From contig RFOZ01000002.1 of assembly GCA_009926405.1 (NCBI GenBank), positions 1 to 42,840 on the forward strand: DNA of 42,840 nt. The letters are read 5' to 3'. Each line of letters starts with the position of its first letter. Positions within the stretch are counted from its first letter, which is position 1. Below are positions 1 to 7,243 of the stretch, in pieces. The notes under the pieces are model-generated. The model was not told where the DNA came from. It saw only the letters and a list, made by a program, of their open reading frames with translations, and searched no databases. Origin of the DNA: Cytophagia bacterium (GTDB lineage Bacteria > Bacteroidota > Bacteroidia > UBA7662). Both the position numbers and the translations under genes were made by a program.

Positions 1-58
1 GCTCCGCCAATTCCTCCTGGGTCCAACCCAGGCGCTTCCGCATCCAACGCATATTCAT
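1..58 (-). CDS. XRE/Cro-C1-type HTH transcriptional regulator, N-terminal fragment running off the window start
   Basis: Minus-strand ATG at 58..56 is followed by MNMRWMRKRLGWTQEELAE. The 'LGWTQEELA' stretch resembles the first helix of XRE-family HTH domains. Only 19 codons are visible. Confidence 0.4.
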   Translation of the reverse strand, partial: MNMRWMRKRLGWTQEELAE

Positions 59-201
59 AGCCAAAAAAGTCATCTCTTGAGGATTTAAATTAGGCCATAA
101 AGTTAAATACTAATTTTATTGGTTTTTCTATTTTTTTTAGCATTAAAATAAAAATCCCCTGCAGCCCACCAACAAAATTCCTCCTATGCCTTCAGAAGCC
201 T

Positions 202-209
202 TATATTTG
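202..209 (+). promoter_or_regulatory. Bacteroidota-type -7 promoter box for tRNA-Arg
   Basis: TATATTTG matches the Bacteroidota sigma-A -7 consensus TAnnTTTG. It lies 12 nt upstream of the tRNA 5' end, after an AT-rich stretch (59-180). Confidence 0.5.
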
Positions 210-221
210 CGACCGCTCAAT

Positions 222-295
222 GGTTCCGTAGCTCAATTGGATAGAGCATCTGACTACGGATCAGAAGGTTTGGGGTTCGAATCCCTACGGGACCG
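222..295 (+). tRNA. tRNA-Arg (anticodon ACG)
   Basis: Hand-folded cloverleaf. Acceptor GGTTCCG/CGGGACC; D arm GCTC-AATTGGATA-GAGC; anticodon stem TCTGA/TCAGA with loop CTACGGA (anticodon ACG); T arm TGGGG-TTCGAAT-CCCTA; discriminator G. CCA is not encoded. Confidence 0.9.
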
Positions 296-319
296 CACAG
301 GCGATTACGATCAACCTCC

Positions 320-358
320 AAGGGGATTACGTCCGCAACCGTAATCCCCTTTTTGATT
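320..358 (+). terminator. Rho-independent terminator after tRNA-Arg
   Basis: Perfect 12-bp stem AAGGGGATTACG (320-331) / CGTAATCCCCTT (340-351) with an 8-nt loop, followed by TTTTGATTT. Confidence 0.65.
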
Positions 359-378
359 TCAGGCCAAAACGCAACCCC

Positions 379-2238
379 ATGATCCAAACCGCCAACAGGC
401 TACGAATCGGTCTAGTCCTAGCCATCATCTTGGCGTCAAACATCGGGGGGCTTGCCCAAAACAACCCCAATCTCATCGATTCATTTGAAGGCCCAACCAG
501 TTCATGGTCTTGGTTTGGCGATCAATGCCAGATTCAGTACCCGTTCAACAACCCCTACCCTCATCCATTCAATCCATCCGGCGGGGTGCTCCGATACCAC
601 GACCAAGGCGGAACCTACGCCAATACACGGCTAGACCTGCCCTGGAACCTCAACCTCCTTGCGAATTCCCGATTCAAACTCAAAGTTTTCGTTCCCTCCA
701 GCGGGCTTAGCGGGAACCAAGCGCCTCGAATTTCCCTCAAGCTCCAAAACAACGGTTTAACCATGCCCTGGAGCACCCAATCCGAAATCATCCAACCCCT
801 TGGCATCAATCAATGGCAAGAAGTTGTTTTTGATTTCCGGAGGGACCCGTGGATTAATCTCAACGCAAACTCCCTACCACCACTTCAACGCCAGGATTTT
901 AACCGCATCGTTCTCCAAATCAACGGCGAAAACAACAACGACCAAGTCCTCGCCTACCTGGATGATTTCCAGCTTGATACGAGCAGCTATTATGCAGGAG
1001 GGCGGACTTTGGTTTGGAGCGATGAATTTGACGGGGACGCCGGAATTGATACCAACAAATGGTTTTTTCAAACCCTGCTCCCCAACGGCAACAGTTGGTA
1101 TAACAATGAACTACAACACTACACCAACGCACCCGGCAACGCGTATCTTGACAACGGCGCCCTGAATCTTGTCGTCCGCAGACAAAACCACACCCAGCAA
1201 GGGGTAACCAAAGCCTTTACCTCGGCAAGGCTAAATTCCAAATTTGCCTTTCGCTACGGCCGCGTGGAGTGCAGGGCCCGCTTACCCATGGCCGCAGGCA
1301 CTTGGCCGGCCCTGTGGACCCTGGGCCGCAACATTCAAGAACCGGGGGCCTATTGGCAACAACAAGGATTCGCCGGCGCAGCCTGGCCCGCTTGCGGTGA
1401 GATCGACATCATGGAACATTGGGGCAGCCAACCCGAAATCGTACATAGCAGCGTCCACACTCCGTCTAGTTTTGGAGCAACCGTGAATACCGCCACGCGC
1501 CGGGTGCAGGGAGCCGGCAGTCAATTCCAAACGTACAGCCTGGACTGGAGCCCTCAACAACTTACGTTTGCAATCAACGGCCAAACCCTCTACACCTACC
1601 AACCGCCTCAACGGGCGTCAGCCAACTGGCCTTTTGATGCGCCCCAGTATGTACTGTTGAATGTGGCCATGCTGGCCGGATCATCGCCCCTCTTTCAGGC
1701 CGATAGCTTGCAAATCGATTATATACGCATCTACCAAGACAGCCTGGATCTCCCCGGACCGAACCGTCTATTGGGACAAGTGCTTTATGCCAACACGCAT
1801 TTGGATACCATTAGCCAAGGAAAAGTTCAAATTCTCCGACGAAGCCAATGGTACAGCGATAGCTCCATCAACCAAAACGGGTTCTTTGGTTTTTATGGTC
1901 TGGCGTCTGACCGCTACCAACTCCGCGCTTTGCCCAACGAGATTCCCGGTGGTCTAAATGCCTCGGACGCCCTTGCGGTGGCACTGCATTTTGCCCAAGT
2001 CCAACCCCTCCAAGGGCTGGCCCAACAGGCAGCGGATGTGAATGGCAACGGGGCTATTAACGCCAACGACGCCCTCCTTATCACGCTTCGGTATTCCGGA
2101 CAAATTCAAAACTTTGCCGCTGGGAATTGGGTAAGCGAAGTTCCAACGGTCCAAGTTTCCGGAACGCTAACAGGGCGGACTATTTTAAAGACCTTGTGCA
2201 CCGGTGATGTCAACGGTAGCTACAGGCCCGGTCCTTAA
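379..2238 (+). CDS. Secreted glycoside hydrolase family 16 (laminarinase/beta-1,3-glucanase-like) with N-terminal CBM-like domain and C-terminal beta-sandwich plus dockerin-like module
   Basis: Signal peptide MIQTANRLRIGLVLAIILASNIGGLAQ. GH16 catalytic motif GEIDIMEH (E-x-D-x-x-E, nt 1399-1416) with flanking 'LVWSDEFDG' and 'WPALWTLG'. C-terminus has a CarboxypepD_reg-like stretch, then Ca-loop repeats 'DVNGNGAINANDALLI' and 'GDVNGSY' (nt 1948-2226). No T9SS C-terminal domain. Confidence 0.85.
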   Translation: MIQTANRLRIGLVLAIILASNIGGLAQNNPNLIDSFEGPTSSWSWFGDQCQIQYPFNNPYPHPFNPSGGVLRYHDQGGTYANTRLDLPWNLNLLANSRFKLKVFVPSSGLSGNQAPRISLKLQNNGLTMPWSTQSEIIQPLGINQWQEVVFDFRRDPWINLNANSLPPLQRQDFNRIVLQINGENNNDQVLAYLDDFQLDTSSYYAGGRTLVWSDEFDGDAGIDTNKWFFQTLLPNGNSWYNNELQHYTNAPGNAYLDNGALNLVVRRQNHTQQGVTKAFTSARLNSKFAFRYGRVECRARLPMAAGTWPALWTLGRNIQEPGAYWQQQGFAGAAWPACGEIDIMEHWGSQPEIVHSSVHTPSSFGATVNTATRRVQGAGSQFQTYSLDWSPQQLTFAINGQTLYTYQPPQRASANWPFDAPQYVLLNVAMLAGSSPLFQADSLQIDYIRIYQDSLDLPGPNRLLGQVLYANTHLDTISQGKVQILRRSQWYSDSSINQNGFFGFYGLASDRYQLRALPNEIPGGLNASDALAVALHFAQVQPLQGLAQQAADVNGNGAINANDALLITLRYSGQIQNFAAGNWVSEVPTVQVSGTLTGRTILKTLCTGDVNGSYRPGP

Positions 2239-2273
2239 GGTTGGGGAATTCCGGAAACACGACCACCTGCCCC

Positions 2274-2307
2274 AAAAAAAACGGCCTCTCCAATCAAGGA
2301 GAGGCCG
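2274..2307 (-). terminator. Rho-independent terminator of the rhodopsin gene (possibly bidirectional)
   Basis: Perfect 10-bp stem CGGCCTCTCC (2282-2291) / GGAGAGGCCG (2298-2307) with a 6-nt loop. The A8 run at 2274-2281 is a U8 tail on the minus strand. It sits between the convergent GH16 and rhodopsin stops. Confidence 0.6.
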
Positions 2308-2332
2308 CATGGTAAAAGAACTGAAAAAGTAA

Positions 2333-3106
2333 TTACTTCTTGGATGCGGTGATGGCCATTTGATAGACCACCAAACCAAAACCGATTTTGTTAACCGCAT
2401 CACCGATGTTGTACAACAAATCGATATTGAAGGTCCCGCTGTACGAAGCCAAAAGGTTACCTGGCATCAACATGTAGCCGATAGGATAGATCGCCCAGCC
2501 TACCAATACAAAATTGCGGAGTAAACGAATAGCGTTCTGGAGATTGGCGTCACCGGATTCGCGAGCCATACCGGCCACAGAGCCAGCGGTTGCTTCGTAA
2601 ACGATACCAGCCCAGCCCAACGTAGAAATCACACCCCAAAGGATGGTGGACTCAGGCTGCACAGCTTCGCCGATATAACCGGCAACCAACATGAGGACCG
2701 AGTAACCAATCATCTTCCACAAGAGGCCTTGCTTAGCACCGTAAGGCTTGAGCAACAAGTAGAATTCAACGCACATCAAGGGTACCGTTAAGGTCCAGTC
2801 AATGTAACGGAATTGTGTGGGCGATGGGTTAACAAAACCATCCATGCCAAAGCTTAAACCTCCGGCTGCATTGTGCGCCAACGCATTGAGGTAGTAATCG
2901 CGCATGTAATAATAGTGCGCGGCGGCAATCATGGTAATCAATCCCGAAACTAGGAGGGAGGTTTTCCATTTGCCATCCACCTGACTTCTTTCAAAGAAAA
3001 AGAAGACGGACGCGGCAAACATGGCCATGAGTCCCACAAAGAATGTGAAACCGGTGACATCCCCCGGTTGGAGGGAAGCCATCAAAAAGGTGTTGTTTGG
3101 TACCAT
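2333..3106 (-). CDS. Microbial rhodopsin, proteorhodopsin/xanthorhodopsin-superclade light-driven proton pump (DTE motif, green-tuned Met)
   Basis: Seven hydrophobic helices. 'RYIDWTLTVPLMCVE' (nt 2765-2809) gives D/T/E at the PR 97/101/108 positions and Met at 105. 'AAAHYYYM' supplies the His75 equivalent, and the retinal Lys is in 'GDAVNKIGFG' (codon 2387-2389). I place the start at ATG 3106 (MVPNNTF...), not ORF-track 3274, because the extra 56 codons run into an AT-rich promoter-like region. ATG 3082 is an alternative. Confidence 0.9.
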   Translation of the reverse strand: MVPNNTFLMASLQPGDVTGFTFFVGLMAMFAASVFFFFERSQVDGKWKTSLLVSGLITMIAAAHYYYMRDYYLNALAHNAAGGLSFGMDGFVNPSPTQFRYIDWTLTVPLMCVEFYLLLKPYGAKQGLLWKMIGYSVLMLVAGYIGEAVQPESTILWGVISTLGWAGIVYEATAGSVAGMARESGDANLQNAIRLLRNFVLVGWAIYPIGYMLMPGNLLASYSGTFNIDLLYNIGDAVNKIGFGLVVYQMAITASKK

Positions 3107-3272
3107 AAATGGGGTTTTAAAGGTTAATATTCTAAAAACAACTGTTTTTACAAAAAGTTCACATTCAACGACTTTCAACAGACAAAACAGCCAATGGAGC
3201 GTTAAAACAGGCCTTTTGTGTAAAACTATTTGTTTCTTCTCGGGTGTTTTTGAATGGCAACTGCACAAAAGC

Positions 3273-3302
3273 AAAAACCCCGGCTCCTTGTAGGAACCGG
3301 GG
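3273..3302 (-). terminator. Rho-independent terminator of the 1275-aa gene
   Basis: Stem CCCCGGCTCC (3278-3287) / GGAACCGGGG (3293-3302) with one mismatch and a 5-nt loop. The A5 at 3273-3277 gives a U-tail on the minus strand, 55 nt downstream of the stop at 3357. Confidence 0.5.
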
Positions 3303-3356
3303 TCTTTGGGACTGCTGTTACGCAGAATCAGTTAAGCCAAAGTGGCTTCAACCGAT

Positions 3357-6300
3357 TTAGCGCACAAAACGTGTGCTGTGTAGAACCGTCCCCTCTGCAT
3401 TCTGCTCAAGTACGCGGAGCATGTACTGACCCTTGGCCAGACCATCAACCACAACTTGCTGAGCAAATACACCCGATTGAGCATCAAATCCATTGCTCAG
3501 AACCACACGGCCTGTAGCATCCAGGACTTCAACATTCAAACGAGCAGAAGACTGCAATGGCAAACGTATGCCAAGCTGCTGAACAACCGGATTAGGATAA
3601 ACGCTCAAAGTTGAAGAGCCAGCCTTGAGAGAAGGAATCCGAAGGGTGGCACCCACATGAGCCTGCGCCCAAACATCGGTCATTTCGGTTTCCGATCCGA
3701 GGGACCATTCGGAAGCCTTCACATCGCGGTTTGCATTGATTTGCAATTCCACAAGGGTTTGTCCAGCCTCAGCCAACATCCCCTCAACATGGTACCAACC
3801 CAAACGGAGTTGGTTTCCAACAACTTGGTAATCCAATTGACCACCGGTCAGTTTGGACTGAACGCCCATTACTTCAACACCCGCAGGGATATTCAGGACC
3901 AAAGAAACCGATCCCAAAGCAAGGGACTGCTCAGTAGCAATTTCCAAAGTGCGGCTAAACATCCAACCAGCATCGGTCAAGCCAAGGCCAGCATTCCTGG
4001 AAGCGGTGGATGGACTGTAAGAACCGTTAATATCACCGTAACAAATGGCCTGCATGTTCTGGGTCATGTTGCTAGAACCCACCGTAACGGATGGATTGCT
4101 GTTGGCAAAATTACCGACACTAAACGATGTAATACCACCAGAGAAACGACGGTTAATCAACAAGGCATCACCGGAGGTTACGGTATTGGAACCGTTCACA
4201 TCACAAGCCTTAAGGCGTAAACCGCTTTGAACCAAAGCACCAACCACGTGACGGGTTGCCAAGAGGGCATCGGAGGCAGTAACACCACCCCATGGCTTGC
4301 TGGTTACACCACTCAAGGTATAGGATCCAGGGGCAACCCCCGAGATGAGGTAGTCACCCATTGCATCGGTGCTATCGGTAGCCACAACCGTAGTTCCGTT
4401 CATCAAACGAACGACGGAATTGGTCATGGGGGTATTGGCGGTATTGTTATAGCTATAACGACCACTTAAGTTGGCCAATACAGGAGCTGGTGGGTTGCAA
4501 GAACCAAAGGCTACGGCAGGCAAGGTGGTTGGCAAAGCAGGCACGACGTAGCGACGGTTGTACTGACCAAAGCCATCCGGTGCACCGCAGGTAGAATCCG
4601 TGTTTTGTTCAACACCGGCCCAGGTTGTTCCATTAATGAATTTGTAAAGAAGGACAGTCCCGGTCGCAAGAGGTGTTGTTAAGGTCCAGATAGCTGGATT
4701 TGTGGGATCCTGGGTCATCCGTGTTGCAGGGTTGGCAGGATTCCAACCCTGGAAATTACCAGCAATACCCATACCTGCAGAGTCAACCGTAACACCGGTC
4801 ATGTTCACGCGGAAAGTAATGAGCGGATTGGATGCAGAACATGAGCCAAAGCCAACCAAACCAAGGGTGGTATTGACCAAAGGCACAATTAAGTATCGGT
4901 TACCGGTACCGGGGAAAACGCAAGAACCGCTAACCGACTCGTCCTGACCCCATGCATTACCGTTGATGAACTTGTAGTAAATGGTATCACCGGACATCAA
5001 CCCGTTGTGGGTATAAGACCAAACGCTTGGATTCTGAGGATCCTGAGTCAAGGCAGAAGTCGATGGATTCCAACCCTGGAAGGATCCGGCAATATGAACT
5101 CCATTAGCGCTCACGGTTTGATTTTGCATGCTAAGCATAAAAGTCACATTCACAGGAACTGGTGTGAATACAGAGCATGAGCCGAACATTACCGGCGAAA
5201 GCAAATTGTTACCCGCTACAACGGTATGAAAACGATTTCCATTGGTGTTACCACCCATGGCACAGGCTCCGGGTACGCCTTCCTCACTACCCCATGCATT
5301 ACCGTTAACGTACTTCCACTCAACCACATCGCCAAGGGGAAGGTTGGTAGTGTAGGTGTAAATATTCGCATTGTGAGAAGCAGGTGTCATTGGAGTGCCA
5401 CCAGGATTCCAGCCCTGGAAAGAGCCGGCAATATGAACACCGTTAGAACTAACCGTTAGTCCGGTCATGTCCACCTGGAAGGTAACGGATTGCAGCGGTA
5501 CGAGACCGCTTTGGCAAGAACCGAAGAAATAAAGCGGTAAGGTATCGTTCCCATTACCGGATACGGTGTAACCACGGTTACCACCGACAGCGCAGGCCGA
5601 AGGAATGCTCTCGTCCTGACCCCAGCTGTTTCCGTTAATAAACTTAAATTCCAGGTTATCACCGGGCGTCAGCTTGGTGGTATAAGTCCAAATGTTGGCG
5701 TTGCTGGCATCCTGAATCATTCGGGTGGTCGAAGGATTCCAACCGTTGAAATTACCGGCAATACCCATACCCGCGCTGTTGACAGTCAAACCGGCCATGT
5801 TCACTCGGAATGTAACGTTGGTGGCCAAATCAAGGGTATGAACAATACGGGGATGGATGTATTGTTGAATGGTATCAATAAAGGTTAAACCTTTGATACG
5901 CGACATCCCTGGATTACCCAACAAACCTTGTTGATGCAAAGATTGAGCATTGTAGGTGCCACCGGTCTGAGCGTTGGTTGCAGCCACCACAAAGGTGAGG
6001 GTGGTGGAATCCCACCAAGTGTAGGGATCGGTTTCGTTGAAGAAAGTTGTGATAGAGCCACCGGGACCCAAAGGCAAATTCCTTACAGGACGGATGATTG
6101 GCCACAAACCCTCACCGGATCCGGTGTTAATTTGGTCATTGGGCGCAGGGTAGATATAAGGAATCGTTTGGTTGTAATTGCCACGGGCTACATTGGACAC
6201 AGGGTCACGGAATTTATTGACATCAGCAAAAGGAGCATTGTTACCGTAAGCGTTCACCAAAGCCTGGAAAATACCGGCACCCTGAACCTCAACCACGTTT

Positions 6301-7184
6301 TCGTTGGTGGTTGGAACGACGACAATCCCTTGACGGTAAGGAGCAAAAGGATCACGGACGGCTTGAAAAGAAACCATAGGAACTTCACCTCCATCCAACC
6401 AAGACGTATCAGCCATCGCACCACCAACATTGATGGCCATGCTAACGGCAGAGGAATACCCGGGCCAGTTATTTTGATTAAGCAAGCCGTTGAAACCATC
6501 CAAATTACCAACGATGTTGGAGTCGATAACCGACTGACCGTTGGGTAATTGGAATTTGGGGAGGCTAACCTCAGCCCATTGATTCATGGTTGCATAGGCC
6601 AGCGCAACATACCCTCCGGAACCCACGCCGAACAAAGCAATTTTGCTTTGATCAATTTTATAGGGATTGCCGTCGATGGCGACGGTTTTGCGCATGAAGC
6701 GCACCGATGATTTGATGTCGTTGATGGCACGGTACACCGCGTTCAACAACTGAGCCGTACGCTCGAGCTGGGTGGCTGCCAAAGGATTCCAGCCAACACG
6801 GTATTTGGGTGCAATGACCACATAACCGCGCTTGGCCCATTGTCTGCACAAATTGACTGCGGATGAGTCATCGATGCTGCCAGTGATGCCACCATTGATG
6901 ACCGGAGGCAAGAAATTACCCGTGTGGATGTACACCATAACAGGGCGAGCCTGGTTGGCCGTATCGACAGCCTGGGATGGTTGATACACCCGCATTGTCA
7001 AATTGGCTACAGGATACGTAGTCGTGGGTGGGAAAAAGTGATTATTCGCACCATACACCACGTTGTTGGTCACGGTTATTTGGGCGTCCGTAAAGACCTC
7101 GGAGAGGTAACGATTACCCTGAGCCATGACCCATTGCCCCATTCCCACAAGCAGGAATAAAGCCAAAAGAAGGGTTTTTCTCAT
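3357..7184 (-). CDS. Large secreted multidomain T9SS cargo protein: alpha/beta-hydrolase (esterase)-like domain, four CBM20/48-like repeats, CarboxypepD_reg-like, dockerin-like and cohesin-like modules, T9SS C-terminal sorting domain
   Basis: Signal peptide MRKTLLLALFLLVGMGQWVMAQ. aa ~24-450 look like an alpha/beta hydrolase ('VMVYIHTGNF', elbow-like 'ALFGVGSGGYVA'). aa 455-898 are four ~110-aa repeats. aa 903-962 are a beta-sandwich. aa 966-1058 carry 'CDVNGSNTVTSGDALLI' and 'GDINGSY' (nt 4011-4289). aa 1062-1190 are cohesin-like (nt 3615-4001). The last ~85 aa, 'LSVYPNPVVQQL...GQYMLRV...', fit a Por/T9SS sorting domain. Confidence 0.8.
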   Translation of the reverse strand: MRKTLLLALFLLVGMGQWVMAQGNRYLSEVFTDAQITVTNNVVYGANNHFFPPTTTYPVANLTMRVYQPSQAVDTANQARPVMVYIHTGNFLPPVINGGITGSIDDSSAVNLCRQWAKRGYVVIAPKYRVGWNPLAATQLERTAQLLNAVYRAINDIKSSVRFMRKTVAIDGNPYKIDQSKIALFGVGSGGYVALAYATMNQWAEVSLPKFQLPNGQSVIDSNIVGNLDGFNGLLNQNNWPGYSSAVSMAINVGGAMADTSWLDGGEVPMVSFQAVRDPFAPYRQGIVVVPTTNENVVEVQGAGIFQALVNAYGNNAPFADVNKFRDPVSNVARGNYNQTIPYIYPAPNDQINTGSGEGLWPIIRPVRNLPLGPGGSITTFFNETDPYTWWDSTTLTFVVAATNAQTGGTYNAQSLHQQGLLGNPGMSRIKGLTFIDTIQQYIHPRIVHTLDLATNVTFRVNMAGLTVNSAGMGIAGNFNGWNPSTTRMIQDASNANIWTYTTKLTPGDNLEFKFINGNSWGQDESIPSACAVGGNRGYTVSGNGNDTLPLYFFGSCQSGLVPLQSVTFQVDMTGLTVSSNGVHIAGSFQGWNPGGTPMTPASHNANIYTYTTNLPLGDVVEWKYVNGNAWGSEEGVPGACAMGGNTNGNRFHTVVAGNNLLSPVMFGSCSVFTPVPVNVTFMLSMQNQTVSANGVHIAGSFQGWNPSTSALTQDPQNPSVWSYTHNGLMSGDTIYYKFINGNAWGQDESVSGSCVFPGTGNRYLIVPLVNTTLGLVGFGSCSASNPLITFRVNMTGVTVDSAGMGIAGNFQGWNPANPATRMTQDPTNPAIWTLTTPLATGTVLLYKFINGTTWAGVEQNTDSTCGAPDGFGQYNRRYVVPALPTTLPAVAFGSCNPPAPVLANLSGRYSYNNTANTPMTNSVVRLMNGTTVVATDSTDAMGDYLISGVAPGSYTLSGVTSKPWGGVTASDALLATRHVVGALVQSGLRLKACDVNGSNTVTSGDALLINRRFSGGITSFSVGNFANSNPSVTVGSSNMTQNMQAICYGDINGSYSPSTASRNAGLGLTDAGWMFSRTLEIATEQSLALGSVSLVLNIPAGVEVMGVQSKLTGGQLDYQVVGNQLRLGWYHVEGMLAEAGQTLVELQINANRDVKASEWSLGSETEMTDVWAQAHVGATLRIPSLKAGSSTLSVYPNPVVQQLGIRLPLQSSARLNVEVLDATGRVVLSNGFDAQSGVFAQQVVVDGLAKGQYMLRVLEQNAEGTVLHSTRFVR
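4491..5822 (-). repeat. Four in-frame tandem ~330-nt repeats encoding CBM20/CBM48-like beta-sandwich modules
   Basis: Each unit has the form 'VTF.V.M.G.TV...G..IAG.F.GWNP....M......W.Y......G....YKFING..WG.DE......C.......FGSC'. Units 1 and 4 share 'FRVNM.G.TV.SAGMGIAGNF'. Units 2 and 3 share 'NGVHIAGSFQGWNP'. Similarity is also visible in the DNA, where GGATTCCAACCCTGGAA-like strings recur near 4738, 5064, 5404 and 5733. Confidence 0.75.
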
Positions 7185-7204
7185 ACTGATAAATTTAGTT
7201 TGTC

Positions 7205-7212
7205 CAAATCTA
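7205..7212 (-). promoter_or_regulatory. Candidate -7 promoter box for the 1275-aa gene
   Basis: The minus strand reads TAGATTTG (TAnnTTTG), 20 nt upstream of the ATG at 7184, in the 59-nt spacer after the AraC gene stop. Confidence 0.4.
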
Positions 7213-7243
7213 ACGAATTATTCCGAAAGACCCAAGGGTTTGT

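Noticed and set aside
2333-3274. The full 313-aa ORF-track version of the rhodopsin gene (start at 3274).
   Set aside because: The extra 56 N-terminal codons (MLLCSCHSKTPEKK...) run through the AT-rich promoter-like region and resemble no opsin N-terminus. ATG 3106 (or 3082) gives a typical helix-A start.
5928-6548. A 206-aa plus-strand ORF inside the 1275-aa gene. The 218-aa ORF at 13265-13921 inside argS is the same case.
   Set aside because: Both lie antisense to well-supported genes and have low-complexity, Arg/Gly/His-rich translations.
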